Part shown: positions 29,339 to 39,461 of the stretch, one piece after another
Numbering within the stretch: position 1 is the first letter of the stretch
Layout: each line of letters begins with the position of its first letter
Assembly (NCBI GenBank): GCA_027050205.1
Contig: JALUCS010000015.1
Coordinates: forward strand, 1-56,933
From: a candidate division WOR-3 bacterium
GTDB lineage: Bacteria > Hydrothermota > Hydrothermia > LBFQ01
Direction of reading: 5' to 3'
Length of the DNA: 56,933 bases
Notes under the pieces: generated by a model
Seen by the model: the letters and a program-made list of their open reading frames with translations, nothing else
What the model was told of the DNA's origin: nothing
Database searches by the model: none
Translations under genes and position numbers: made by a program

Positions 29339-30511
29339 ATGCCCGACCTTACCGACGCCCTAAGGCTCAAGGAGGCCCTCGCGGAGGCCGAAAGGCGGCT
29401 GGAGGAGGAATTTTCGGAGGGTAACTTCCTCAAACTGTTGGAGGTCCTACTCCTTATGGGGGATATGCACACTATACGGAGGTACCTGAACCTCTGGAGG
29501 AGGAGGAGGAAGGGAAAATACCCTCTTTCTTTCGTGCATTACCTCGCCCTCTTCTATATGCGCACACTTGACGTAGAGAACCTCAAGAGGGTGCTGCCGA
29601 AACTGGACGTTGCGATAAGGTCGCTGGTGTATCTCAAGGTCTTTGCCGACCCCGTCAAGGCGATGGCCTTAGCCGAGGGGATAGGGGACGACCTCTTCAA
29701 GGCGAGGGTGATGTACGAGATAGGCACGGTGATGGGGAAACCCTACCCCCTCCCCGCTCCAAGGAGCGAACTGGAAGCCATATCTTTCAAAGCCCTACGT
29801 ACCTTGAGGGACTTCTTCTCCGGCAGGCTTGAGAGGGCCGTAAGGAGTGTGGATGAGATGGTGGATAGGGCGGTGGACTCGTGGTTGAGACCTACGGCGA
29901 TACACGTAAAGGAGAACGAGCTTCTCCTTAGGGGGAAGGTCTCCGACCTCCACTTCCTTAGGCTCGCCACCCACAACCTCGGCCTCCGGAGGGAGACGGA
30001 GAGGATAAAGATATACGAGAGGTTCTGGGATAAAGAGGTCAAGGTTGATGTACCGGAGGGAGATAGGATGCTGATGACAGTCCTCCGCCTTTCGGATAGG
30101 GCGCGGAGGAGGATGCACCTGCCCTCCGAGGGTTCAAACCTGTTCGGGATAGAGGCCTTCTGGTGGTACGCCTCCAACGTTAAAAGGAAAAGGGCCTACC
30201 TCTCGTTCTCCGGCCGCCTCCGTCTCATGCGGGGTCTGGAGGAGATAAGGCTCCCCAGGCGGAGAGCCTTGATACTCCTGGCCTTCATAAGGCTCAAGGG
30301 CTACAACTTCGCCAAGGAGAACGCCCACATCATCTTCCCGGAGAGCGTACGACCTAAGAGGCGGGTAGCCGAGTACCTGCGGTACATACGGGAGTACCTG
30401 AAGGTCCCCATAGACGTACGGATAGCCCGGCGGTACGGTACGTTCTTGGAGGAGGAGGGGGAGGGGTGGGCCACCTTCTTGAGGGAGCACGTGCTTAACG
30501 CAGAACGATAA
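29339..30511 (+). CDS. Helical (TPR-like) protein with C-terminal SARP/OmpR-type winged-helix-like region; putative regulator
   Basis: C-terminal LSFSGRLRLMRGLEEIRLPRRRALILLAFI resembles a SARP wHTH start. N-terminus resembles 48269..49306. TATAAT lies 7 nt upstream. Confidence 0.55.
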   Translation: MPDLTDALRLKEALAEAERRLEEEFSEGNFLKLLEVLLLMGDMHTIRRYLNLWRRRRKGKYPLSFVHYLALFYMRTLDVENLKRVLPKLDVAIRSLVYLKVFADPVKAMALAEGIGDDLFKARVMYEIGTVMGKPYPLPAPRSELEAISFKALRTLRDFFSGRLERAVRSVDEMVDRAVDSWLRPTAIHVKENELLLRGKVSDLHFLRLATHNLGLRRETERIKIYERFWDKEVKVDVPEGDRMLMTVLRLSDRARRRMHLPSEGSNLFGIEAFWWYASNVKRKRAYLSFSGRLRLMRGLEEIRLPRRRALILLAFIRLKGYNFAKENAHIIFPESVRPKRRVAEYLRYIREYLKVPIDVRIARRYGTFLEEEGEGWATFLREHVLNAER

Positions 30512-32132
30512 CCCTACCCCTCCCGTTGTGGGCTAAGAAGTAAATCCCCCTCTTCAGGCGGAACACCGCCCGCCCTTTCACTTCATCGGACAGTATAAGG
30601 ACTCCGTCGCTCCTGTACAGACGGATTCTGCCCTCGTACCCCTCAATCACCAAGCGGTTGCCTCCTACGGATACCCTCGGCTCGTTCCGGACGTCCGGCC
30701 TCTCCTCCACCTTCAGGTCTTCCCCGTCCCCATAGACGGCGGCGTTACACGTCCACACCACAGCGTAGCAGGAGCTGTCCCCTATTGCCAGGAGCAACTT
30801 CCCCGGTTCCTTCTTTGCCACTATTACGTCGGAGGTAGTTATGTAAGGGGCGGCACCGCTCCCAGCCCACACCCTGCCACTCCACCCGTTGGAGGGGGAC
30901 CAGGCGACGGGATCGTAGCAGGCCGTTATGACGTCCAAGATACCGTCCCCGGTTATATCGGCCACCGTAGGTGCGGAGCAGCCTTCGGAACTTTCCGTAA
31001 AGGTGGCGATGGTGCTTCCGTTCGTACCCTTCAGGACGGTGATGGTGCCGGAGTGTCCGGAGACGCTGTTGAGGACGACGTCGGGTAGTCCGTCCCCATC
31101 AAAATCGCCGGCAGCCGGGGCGCGGTTCCCAGACACCGAGACGGCCCACTTCGCCACGGGAGAGTTGGAGGCGTCCAGCTCAAAGGCGACGGTGCAACTG
31201 CTACCGCGGGCCACGAGTTCGTCCTTGCCATCGCCGTCAAGGTCGTCGGCCAAAAGTACGGAGATGTAAGGGGAGGACTGCAGACGATTCCTGATAAGGT
31301 AGGAGTGGGCAAACATATCCGGGAAAGAACAGAAGGGGGAGAGGTTCCACTGCCACAGGAGGGTACCGTCGCTGGGACGGTAGCACTTTATCAGGTTGGT
31401 GGAGTAGTCGGTGCTGGCCGTTGGAAAGCACACCTCAAGGTTCCCGTCCCCGTTGAAGTCGCCGAGGGCCGGGGTACCCACCCTCAACCCCGTATTTACG
31501 GACCACACCTCCGTAAAGTTGGCGGAGCCTCCGTTGAGCCTCTTGGCGTACGTCCCCTCGCCCCAGAAGAGGTCGGAGTTGCCATCGCCATCTACGTCTG
31601 CTACGGTTATGGCTGAGAATACGGTATCGGTATTCCGTGCGCTGTAAGTGTTGCAGGCACCATCCACCCTGTAGAGTGTGGGTACGTTGTTCCTTACGAC
31701 CAACAAGGGTATCTGATGGCCAGTGGAGGCGTTCGTGGTTATGGGTCCTTCCATAATGGTGCCGGAACTCGTACCGAGACCACTCCCCAAACTTATGCCT
31801 CCGGAGCATACCCGTGATCCGTCATCGTTATCTATCGTGGGATAGGTCCAGTTGATAGTGCCACTGTTCGTCCCCCATCCGGCGAAGAAGACCTCCGCCC
31901 TACTGTCCCCATCTATATCGGCCACCGTAGCGAAAACGGGTAGATCAGCCCTTAGATCCTGCCAGCTCTTGGAAACCGTTGCCGGAGCGGTGCATCTCCA
32001 CGGGGCGCGGGCGGTCTTCTTGTAGTCGTGTCTCCCCTGACGCCAGTAGGGATCCGCCGGGGCGTACCTCTGGGCGTAAGCCGGGGTTATGCCCCAAAGA
32101 GCCAAGAGGGAGAGGACGAACACCCTACGCAT
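30495..32132 (-). CDS. Secreted FG-GAP/VCBS-repeat protein with T9SS-like C-terminal sorting domain
   Basis: Signal peptide ending PAYA, six D.(D/N/T)GD.. repeats, C-terminal IRLYRSDG...LKRGIYFL...RVIVLR. Confidence 0.82.
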   Translation of the reverse strand: MRRVFVLSLLALWGITPAYAQRYAPADPYWRQGRHDYKKTARAPWRCTAPATVSKSWQDLRADLPVFATVADIDGDSRAEVFFAGWGTNSGTINWTYPTIDNDDGSRVCSGGISLGSGLGTSSGTIMEGPITTNASTGHQIPLLVVRNNVPTLYRVDGACNTYSARNTDTVFSAITVADVDGDGNSDLFWGEGTYAKRLNGGSANFTEVWSVNTGLRVGTPALGDFNGDGNLEVCFPTASTDYSTNLIKCYRPSDGTLLWQWNLSPFCSFPDMFAHSYLIRNRLQSSPYISVLLADDLDGDGKDELVARGSSCTVAFELDASNSPVAKWAVSVSGNRAPAAGDFDGDGLPDVVLNSVSGHSGTITVLKGTNGSTIATFTESSEGCSAPTVADITGDGILDVITACYDPVAWSPSNGWSGRVWAGSGAAPYITTSDVIVAKKEPGKLLLAIGDSSCYAVVWTCNAAVYGDGEDLKVEERPDVRNEPRVSVGGNRLVIEGYEGRIRLYRSDGVLILSDEVKGRAVFRLKRGIYFLAHNGRGRVIVLR

Positions 32133-32273
32133 CACTTAAGATTCTACGTAGGGAACGGCAGGCGATGCCTCCCTTCGTTGCTCCTACCGAGACAACGTTT
32201 CAGGTGGAAAGCGTTTATATTTTAAGTTTCTGCGAATATTTCCAGTCCAATCTCTCCCTTATAATACCCACCC

Positions 32274-33296
32274 GTGTTGAAGGCTAACGGAGGAGGAGAG
32301 GATATTTTCAACGTAGGATCGGAATTCAGCGGGGTGGTGGTCTACCGTAGAAAGGTCTTTGAGGATCCTATACTGACCGTCTATTACCTAAAAGGTGAGC
32401 CGATCTATGCGGAGAGCTTCGTTATGAAGAGGCGGTGGTGGGAGGGATTACTGTCGGAAGAGGAGGTGGAGAGGCACATATTCGGGGATATGTTTAGGTA
32501 TGCTTACGAAACCTACGGAGAGAGGTATGTTAGCCACCTGAAGCGGTACGCTAAAGATACCGTATCCCTTACAGAGGATATGGTAAGGGACTTCGGTTGG
32601 GAGCTGGAGGCCGAAGCTACGGAGGATCCCCCTGAAGATATGGCCGCCATGTTCCACGTACCTTACGAAGCGGGATCCACCTCGGAGGAGAGGGCGTTGG
32701 AGATAGCGTCCAAGCTCAACGCCTTCGGATTTCCCGTTTTCTACGTCTCCGGAAGCGGGGACGATCCGCATGGTTTCTTTCACGCCGTACGGACGAACAG
32801 GGAGGTTATGGATAAGGTGGCGGGTATTTTTGAGGAGATTGGAGGTTCCATCGCCTTCGTTCTACCTCTATACATCATCGCACGCTTAGATCTGGATGGT
32901 GGAAGGGCGTGGGTGGTGACGAAGGATGCCCGGAAGCTGGCTCTCGCCCTCCGTTATTTGAGATCTGCAGAGGACGTACCCGATAGGGTCCTCAACGAGG
33001 TGATCGACACCCTGTGTTGCCGTTACGTAGTGTGGAGGGGTGAGAAAGGTACCTTCTACGTGTTTGATGGTGCAAAGACCCTCTCCCTCGGGTCCGAGGA
33101 GACGGTAGAAACCGTTGAAAGGTACTTAAGGACCTACGACCGTATTCTGAACGCTGCCCTCTCCAGCCTACCTTCCGGCATCCCTTCAAAAATGGGCCGA
33201 ATGCTCCTTTACGAGATAACTACCCGCCATCCGGATACTGAAGGCTTTGTGGGGGAATTTTCACGCAGGTTCGGCGTAAAACTTGACTATGAGTAA
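32274..33296 (+). CDS. Hypothetical protein with PATAN-like N-terminus and possible Roadblock-like segment
   Basis: FSGVVVY...VYYLKGEPIYAES and ARLDLDGGRAWVVTKDARKLALALRYL segments. TATAAT lies 8 nt upstream. Overlaps the V4R gene. Confidence 0.5.
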   Translation: MLKANGGGEDIFNVGSEFSGVVVYRRKVFEDPILTVYYLKGEPIYAESFVMKRRWWEGLLSEEEVERHIFGDMFRYAYETYGERYVSHLKRYAKDTVSLTEDMVRDFGWELEAEATEDPPEDMAAMFHVPYEAGSTSEERALEIASKLNAFGFPVFYVSGSGDDPHGFFHAVRTNREVMDKVAGIFEEIGGSIAFVLPLYIIARLDLDGGRAWVVTKDARKLALALRYLRSAEDVPDRVLNEVIDTLCCRYVVWRGEKGTFYVFDGAKTLSLGSEETVETVERYLRTYDRILNAALSSLPSGIPSKMGRMLLYEITTRHPDTEGFVGEFSRRFGVKLDYE

Positions 33297-34527
33297 AGTT
33301 AAAGTCAGAAAAAGCACCGATCTCCTAACCTACGACGCCCCTACCGGTAGGATGTCGGTTGAGGGGATACCGGTCACGTACCACTGCAACGTCTTCAACC
33401 ACTTCTTCGCAAAGGGGGTGAAGTTGTCCCTCGGAGACGAGAAGGGGCGCGAGGTCCTGTACAGGGCGTCGGAGTTCGCCCACTACCGTCTATTCCGGGC
33501 GATCAAGGAGAGGTACGGCTTGGACGCCTCCGAGACCTACGCCTTTGGGATGGACTACTTCAGGAGCAGGGGGTTAGGGGTCTTGGATATAAAGGGGCGA
33601 AACAGGATATACCTCCTCGCCTCCACGCACGCCCACACCTTCGTAAAGGTGATGAGGTCCTTCTCGGACGTCCCCGTGTGCGATGCCGAGAGGGGATTCG
33701 TAGCCGGCCTACTTGAAGCCGCCCTTGACGCCGAACCGGGAGATATCCGGGTGGAGGAGACCTCCTGTATAGGGGCCGGAGACCCGGTATGCAGGATGGA
33801 GGTCAGCGTCACGGGCAAGCCGGTGGATATGCCTCAACCCGACTACGGTAGGGTGAGGTTCTACGCCGTTGACGGTGCGGAGGAGAGGGAGAGACTCATG
33901 GAGAGGCTTATGCCAGAGATTCCCGAAGCGGACGACTCCGGCATCATATCTCTGGAGTCCGCCTTTACGGATATGGGGAAGGTATGGATATCCCAACTTC
34001 CCGGAGAGTACTACGCGTACGCCAACATGCGAGCCGTAGAAGAGGCGGATAGGGAGACGTCCCGCTACACCCTGACCCTCGCCGGGTTCAACTGCGTCTT
34101 CTTCACCTACGTATCCATAGCCCGTAGCCCTGCGGGTAGGATACTCTTGGAGGGGGCTAGGACCCAAGAGGACTACTTCGTGAAACTCGCCGAGATGGGC
34201 AACTACTTCGGTTTCGGGGTGTTTAAGGTGGAAGAGTTGAAGGTGGGCAGAAGGTGTGAGTGCGACGTAAGGCTCTACAATTTCTACGAGAACTCCTACC
34301 TCGTGGCCCTCGGCAGGGAACCCGTCTCCTACTTCCTCCTTGGGGCCACCTTGGCCCACGCTTTGGCCACCTTCCGCCACCGGTACTACGAGAGGGACTC
34401 CCTCGGATCCATAAGGGCCATCTTTGAGGACTTTGACGGGGTATACGAGAGGATGGAGGCGGATATATCCTTCAACCCCGCCAAGAACGAGCAGAGGCTC
34501 CTACTAAGCCTCCCGATAGGGTCATAG
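33289..34527 (+). CDS. Tandem V4R (4-vinyl reductase) domain protein
   Basis: YHCN, GLGVL, PVCDAERGFVAGLL...EETSCIGAGDPVC is V4R. A second degenerate copy contains YFGFGVF...PVSYFLLG. Confidence 0.75.
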   Translation: MSKVKVRKSTDLLTYDAPTGRMSVEGIPVTYHCNVFNHFFAKGVKLSLGDEKGREVLYRASEFAHYRLFRAIKERYGLDASETYAFGMDYFRSRGLGVLDIKGRNRIYLLASTHAHTFVKVMRSFSDVPVCDAERGFVAGLLEAALDAEPGDIRVEETSCIGAGDPVCRMEVSVTGKPVDMPQPDYGRVRFYAVDGAEERERLMERLMPEIPEADDSGIISLESAFTDMGKVWISQLPGEYYAYANMRAVEEADRETSRYTLTLAGFNCVFFTYVSIARSPAGRILLEGARTQEDYFVKLAEMGNYFGFGVFKVEELKVGRRCECDVRLYNFYENSYLVALGREPVSYFLLGATLAHALATFRHRYYERDSLGSIRAIFEDFDGVYERMEADISFNPAKNEQRLLLSLPIGS

Positions 34528-35223
34528 CATCCCGCCTCGGAGCCGCCGCTCGGCCTCCTCCAGGTCCTCCGGTGTGTCTATCCCGAAGCCTTCGTAGTCG
34601 GACACCAGCACCTTTATCCTCCAGCCGTAGTACAGGGCGCGGAGTTGCTCCAACCTCTCGGCCCTCTCCAAGGGAGCTGGGGGCAGCCCGGCGAAGCGTA
34701 GGAGGTCCCTTAGACGGTAGAGGTATATCCCCACGTGGATGAGGTAGGTCGTGGCACCGTAGGGTACGGGGCTGCGGGAGAAGTAGAGGGCGTTGCTGTT
34801 AGCGTCCAACACCACCTTTACCCTGTGGGGGTTTCCCCCGTCCCCCGACGGGTGGGCCAGGGTATAGATTTCGGCCCCTCCCCTTTCGGCGAAGGAGAAG
34901 AGGGCGTTCAGGATATCCGGCTTGACGAGGGGTTCGTCCCCCTGTAGGTTCATAACCAGAGTATCGGGAGGTAGGTCCTCCAAGGCGTAAGCCAAACGGT
35001 CCGTACCGGAGGGGAGGTCGGAGGGGGTCATACGGACCTCACAGACGTCGGAGACGACCTCTGCTATGCGGGGGTCGTCCGTGGCCACCACGACCCTGTC
35101 GGCATCCGAGGATAGGGCGGCCTCCACCACCCACCTTATTACGGGTTTCCCCCCCAAGGGGGCGAGGAGTTTGCCCGGAAACCGCGAGGAGGAGTAGCGG
35201 GCAGGTATGCCTATAACCCTCAA
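34522..35223 (-). CDS. kdsB: 3-deoxy-manno-octulosonate cytidylyltransferase
   Basis: IPARYSSSRFPGK, SGTDR, NLQGDEP, ALYFSRSPVP, LEQLRAL. Confidence 0.95.
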   Translation of the reverse strand: MRVIGIPARYSSSRFPGKLLAPLGGKPVIRWVVEAALSSDADRVVVATDDPRIAEVVSDVCEVRMTPSDLPSGTDRLAYALEDLPPDTLVMNLQGDEPLVKPDILNALFSFAERGGAEIYTLAHPSGDGGNPHRVKVVLDANSNALYFSRSPVPYGATTYLIHVGIYLYRLRDLLRFAGLPPAPLERAERLEQLRALYYGWRIKVLVSDYEGFGIDTPEDLEEAERRLRGGML

Positions 35224-35261
35224 GATTTCTATTCTACGGTTGGCACCGTTAAAATCACCTC

Positions 35262-36224
35262 TTGGGAATGCGTTATCTGGACTTTGAGAGGCCCATAGCG
35301 ACGCTGGAGGAGGAGTTGGAGAGGCTCAAGGCCCAGTACGAGGCGGAGCAGGACGAGACCCTCCTCTCCCGGATCCGCGACCTTGAGAAGGAGGTCAAGA
35401 AACTACGGTACGAGATCTTCTCCAAGTTGAGCCGCTGGCAGAAGGTGCAGCTCGCCCGCCATCCCGATCGGCCGAAGCCTCTGGACCTCATTCCCCACAT
35501 CTGTGAGGACTTTATAGAGCTCCACGGGGATAGGCTGTTCGGGGATGACGCCGCCGTTGTCGCTGGCCTCGCTAAGGTGGAGGAGTACGGGGTTGTGGTC
35601 GTGGGGATACAGAAGGGCAGGGATACGGAGGAGAACCTAAAGCGGAACTTCGGAATGGCCCATCCGGAAGGCTACAGGAAGGCTATGAGGCTCTTTGACC
35701 TCGCAGATAAGCTCAACTTACCCGTCCTGACTCTCGTAGATACCCCCGGTGCCTACCCCGGCATAGGGGCCGAGGAGAGGGGGCAGTTCTCCGCTATAGC
35801 GCACAGCATAAAGCGGATGCTCAACCTTAGGGTTCCGAGCATCGCCTTCATCACCGGCGAAGGGGGAAGCGGTGGGGCGCTGGCGTTGGCTGCGGCCGAC
35901 AGGGTCTATATGTTAGAGTACGCCGTCTACTCCGTCATCTCCCCGGAGGGGGCGGCGAGCATACTATTCAAGGACGCGAGTAAGAACAGGGAGGCGGCCG
36001 AGGCCCTCAAGATAACGGCCGACGACCTCTACGAGTTCGGCATAATAGACGGCGTAGTGAAGGAGCCTCTCGGTGGGGCGCACAGGGATCCGAAACTGAC
36101 CGCCCTCCGCATAAAGCGGGTCTTCCTCAAGGCCCTGAAGGAACTTAAGGGGAAGTCCCCCAGAACCCTCCGTATGCGCAGGTTCCAGAAGTACGTGAAG
36201 ATGGGGAAGTGGATGGAGGTGTGA
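35262..36224 (+). CDS. accA: Acetyl-CoA carboxylase carboxyltransferase alpha
   Basis: LDFERPI, ARHPDRP, ELHGDR, DTPGAYPGIGAEERGQ, GEGGSGGALA. Confidence 0.96.
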   Translation: MGMRYLDFERPIATLEEELERLKAQYEAEQDETLLSRIRDLEKEVKKLRYEIFSKLSRWQKVQLARHPDRPKPLDLIPHICEDFIELHGDRLFGDDAAVVAGLAKVEEYGVVVVGIQKGRDTEENLKRNFGMAHPEGYRKAMRLFDLADKLNLPVLTLVDTPGAYPGIGAEERGQFSAIAHSIKRMLNLRVPSIAFITGEGGSGGALALAAADRVYMLEYAVYSVISPEGAASILFKDASKNREAAEALKITADDLYEFGIIDGVVKEPLGGAHRDPKLTALRIKRVFLKALKELKGKSPRTLRMRRFQKYVKMGKWMEV

Positions 36225-36246
36225 TTTCCCCGGTATAATAGCACAC

Positions 36247-36909
36247 TTGCTCAAGATAAGAGGGCTTTACAAAACCTACGGTAGGAAGGCCGTCCTCAAA
36301 GGCTTGGACTTTGGCGTTGCGGAGGGGGAGAGGGTCTTCCTCCTCGCCCCCAACGGATACGGTAAGAGTACCCTCCTCAAGGTCATAGCCAACGTTGAGC
36401 CTTTCCAAGCCGGTGAGATAACCGTAGCCGGCCACAAGGTCCCCTCGCCGAAGAGCAGGGCCGTCATCTCCTACGTTAGCGAGAACGACAACCTCTACGA
36501 GGGGTTCTCCCTGAAGTATCTGGGGAGGTTCTCGGCGGCCTTCTGGCCCTTTGACTGGGGCCTTTACTCCGATTTCCTGAAGGTGATAGACCTGCCCGAA
36601 GGGAGAAAGTACGGGGAACTCTCCAAGGGTCAGAGGATGCTCGTAAGGGTGGCCATCGGGATGGCTAAGGACGTCTCCCTCTACTTGGTGGACGAGCCTC
36701 TATCCTCCCTGGACTTCCTGCTGCGGGAGAAGGTGGTTGATATGATGAGGCGTAGGGAGGGACGCACCTTCCTGTTTACGTCTCACCAGATAGACGAGCT
36801 GGCGGAGTTTGCAACCCGTTTCGTCTTCCTCAAGGGTGGCCGCATCGTCAAGGAGACCTCCAACCCCAACGCCGTCAAGGACATCTACGGGGAGGTGTTC
36901 GGTGGGTAG
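36247..36909 (+). CDS. ABC transporter ATP-binding protein
   Basis: Walker A APNGYGKST, LSKGQ signature, LVDEP, H-loop TSH. Confidence 0.88.
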   Translation: MLKIRGLYKTYGRKAVLKGLDFGVAEGERVFLLAPNGYGKSTLLKVIANVEPFQAGEITVAGHKVPSPKSRAVISYVSENDNLYEGFSLKYLGRFSAAFWPFDWGLYSDFLKVIDLPEGRKYGELSKGQRMLVRVAIGMAKDVSLYLVDEPLSSLDFLLREKVVDMMRRREGRTFLFTSHQIDELAEFATRFVFLKGGRIVKETSNPNAVKDIYGEVFGG

Positions 36910-37723
36910 GTACCTAAGGCTCGCCGTCATAGGTGGAGGGGTCCTGCTACTCCTCCTCTTCACCTTCTTCCCATTTTACTGGATGTTTATCACCTCCCTT
37001 AAGACGCAGTCGGAGGCCATACTCTTCCCGCCCACCCTGTGGCCCAGGGAGATAACCCTTGACGCGTACCGCCTCGTCTTCACCAAGCTGAACCTCGGGG
37101 CGAGCGTCCTCGTTACCCTCGGCATGATCCTCTTCATCGTCAGCGGTGAGGTGATAACCTCCACCCTCGCCGCCTACGCCTTCTCGTGGATAGACTTCAA
37201 GGGTAGGGAACTGCTGTTCTCCTTCCTCTTGGTGATGGCCTCGGTACCTATGCCCGTCTTCATCCTCCAGCTCTTCGTCGTCGTCCAGAAGTTGGGCCTC
37301 GTGGATACCTTCGCCGGCCTCGTCGTCCCATGGATGGCCAACATATACTCCATCTTTCTCCTCCGTCAGGCCTTCCGGAGTATTCCAAAGGAACTAAGGG
37401 ACGCCATATACATAGACGGCGGAAACGACCTCACCTTCCTCCTCAAGGTGGCCATCCCCATAATAAGGCCAGTGATAATAACAGTGGTCGTCTTCAGTGC
37501 CGTATATACGTGGAACTCCTTCCTGTGGCCCCTGTTGGTCGTCTCCGACAAGAACCTACGGCCTATCCAGTTGGCTGTGGCGTACTTCTCGCAGGGGGAG
37601 GTCTCCAACTACCCCGCCCTCATGGCGGCCTCCTTCCTGAGCGCCCTGCCCGCCCTTGTCGTCTTTGCCATCTTCCAGAGGCAGATAACGGAGGTCTACG
37701 CGAGGGGAGGTATGAAGGACTGA
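36902..37723 (+). CDS. Carbohydrate ABC transporter permease (MalG/UgpE-like)
   Basis: PFYWMFITSLK, LAAYAF, EAA-like IPKELRDAIYIDG, WNSFLWPL. Start GTG 36902. Confidence 0.88.
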   Translation: MGRYLRLAVIGGGVLLLLLFTFFPFYWMFITSLKTQSEAILFPPTLWPREITLDAYRLVFTKLNLGASVLVTLGMILFIVSGEVITSTLAAYAFSWIDFKGRELLFSFLLVMASVPMPVFILQLFVVVQKLGLVDTFAGLVVPWMANIYSIFLLRQAFRSIPKELRDAIYIDGGNDLTFLLKVAIPIIRPVIITVVVFSAVYTWNSFLWPLLVVSDKNLRPIQLAVAYFSQGEVSNYPALMAASFLSALPALVVFAIFQRQITEVYARGGMKD

Positions 37724-37944
37724 TGCGGGTAAAGGTGAGGGTAAAACCCGGCTCCAAGAGGGTAAAGGTGGAGAAGGTAGGGGATACCCTCGTCGTCTCC
37801 GTCAGGTCCCCCGCACGGGAGGGGAAGGCCAACGCCGAGCTGACTGAAGTCCTGGCGGAGTACTACGGCGTTCCGAAGTCCAGGGTGAGGATAGTTAGAG
37901 GACACCGCAGCAGGGACAAGGTGGTGGAGATAGAGGAAGATTAA
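37723..37944 (+). CDS. DUF167 / YggU family protein
   Basis: MRVKVRVKPGSK...PAREGKANAEL...GHRSRDK. Confidence 0.9.
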   Translation: MRVKVRVKPGSKRVKVEKVGDTLVVSVRSPAREGKANAELTEVLAEYYGVPKSRVRIVRGHRSRDKVVEIEED

Positions 37945-37964
37945 CCCCCTTACAATCGCCGCCT

Positions 37965-39461
37965 ATGGCTTCCTCCGAGTACGAGGTAAGGCTGAAGAAG
38001 CTGCAGCTCCTTAGAGACCTTGGCGTTGATTACCCCTACAGGTACGAGACCACCCACAGCATAGACGACCTGAAGGAGAGGTTTGAGGAGGGCCTGAAGG
38101 TGCGGATAGCAGGGAGGGTGATGACGAAGAGGCCCTTCGGGAAGCTCATATTTTCCCACCTGCGGGGAGACTTCAACGACATCCAGATAATGGTCCAGAG
38201 GGGGAAGACCCCGGAGGACTTCTTCGTAGGCCTGGACCTTGAGAGGTACGAGGGGAGTAGAAATCCCGCCAAGTTGTACGAGAAGCTCATAGACATAGGG
38301 GACGTTATCGGCGTTGAGGGGGAGACGATAAGGACGAAGACGGGGGAGCCGACGGTCTTGGTTGAGAGGCTGACCCTCCTGGTCAAGTCCCTCCACCCCC
38401 TGCCGGAGAAGTGGCACGGCATACAGGACCCGGAGCTGAAGTACCGTCAGAGGTACCTCTACCTCATATCCAACCTTGAGGCCCGGAGGCACTTCTACAG
38501 GCGGTACGTCTTTTTGAAGGAGACCCGCCGCTTCTTTGAGGACAGGGGGTTCGTGGAGTTAGATACCCCCATCCTGCAGCCCATATACGGGGGGGCGACG
38601 GCGAGGCCCTTCAAGACCTACTCCAACGCCCTTGAGACCGACCTCTACCTCCGCATAGCGACGGAGCTGTCCCTGAAGAAGCTTTTGGTGGGGGGCTTCT
38701 CCCGGATATACGAGATAGGGAAGAACTTCCGGAACGAGGGGATAGACGCCACCCACTACCCCGAATTCATGGCCCTTGAGGCTTACGCCGCCTACTGGGA
38801 CTACAACGACGTCATGGACCTGACGGAGGAGTACTTCAACGCTATGGTCAAAGTCCTGACTGGGGGGGAGGAGTTTGAGTTTCGGGGCAGGAGGATAGAC
38901 GCCCGCCGTCCCTTCAAGCGGGTCTCTTTCGTGGATGCCCTGAACGAGAAGGTCGGCTTTGACGTCCTGAAGGCCCCGTACGAGAGGCTGATGGAGGTGG
39001 CCCAGAGGGAGGGGATAAAGGTAAAGAACCCGACGAAGGCCAAGCTCTACGATAAACTCTTTGACCACTTCGTGGGCCAGCACCTGACGGACCCGACCTT
39101 CGTAATAGACCACCCGCTCGCCCTTTCCCCCTTCGCCCGGAAGCACAGGGAGAGGGAGGGGATGGTGGAGAGGTTTGAGCTGTTCGTCGCCGGTATGGAG
39201 GTGGCCAACGCCTTCTCCGAGCTAAACGACCCCCTTGACCAGAAACGAAGGCTCCTTGAGGAGGTGGAGCTGCGGAAGGTGGCCAAAGACGAGGAGCTTC
39301 CAGAGGATGTAGACTGGGACTTCATAACCGCCCTTGAGTACGGCATGCCTCCCACCGGTGGCCTCGGCCTTGGGTTGGACCGCATCTTTATGCTCATAAC
39401 CGGCTCGGAGAACATCCGGGACGTGATACCCCTGCCCGTTTTGAGGCCGAAGGAGGGGTAA
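37965..39461 (+). CDS. lysS: Lysine--tRNA ligase (class II)
   Basis: PLPEKWHG, YRQRY, GGATARPF, FRNEGID, YGMPPTGGLGLGLDR. Confidence 0.97.
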   Translation: MASSEYEVRLKKLQLLRDLGVDYPYRYETTHSIDDLKERFEEGLKVRIAGRVMTKRPFGKLIFSHLRGDFNDIQIMVQRGKTPEDFFVGLDLERYEGSRNPAKLYEKLIDIGDVIGVEGETIRTKTGEPTVLVERLTLLVKSLHPLPEKWHGIQDPELKYRQRYLYLISNLEARRHFYRRYVFLKETRRFFEDRGFVELDTPILQPIYGGATARPFKTYSNALETDLYLRIATELSLKKLLVGGFSRIYEIGKNFRNEGIDATHYPEFMALEAYAAYWDYNDVMDLTEEYFNAMVKVLTGGEEFEFRGRRIDARRPFKRVSFVDALNEKVGFDVLKAPYERLMEVAQREGIKVKNPTKAKLYDKLFDHFVGQHLTDPTFVIDHPLALSPFARKHREREGMVERFELFVAGMEVANAFSELNDPLDQKRRLLEEVELRKVAKDEELPEDVDWDFITALEYGMPPTGGLGLGLDRIFMLITGSENIRDVIPLPVLRPKEG

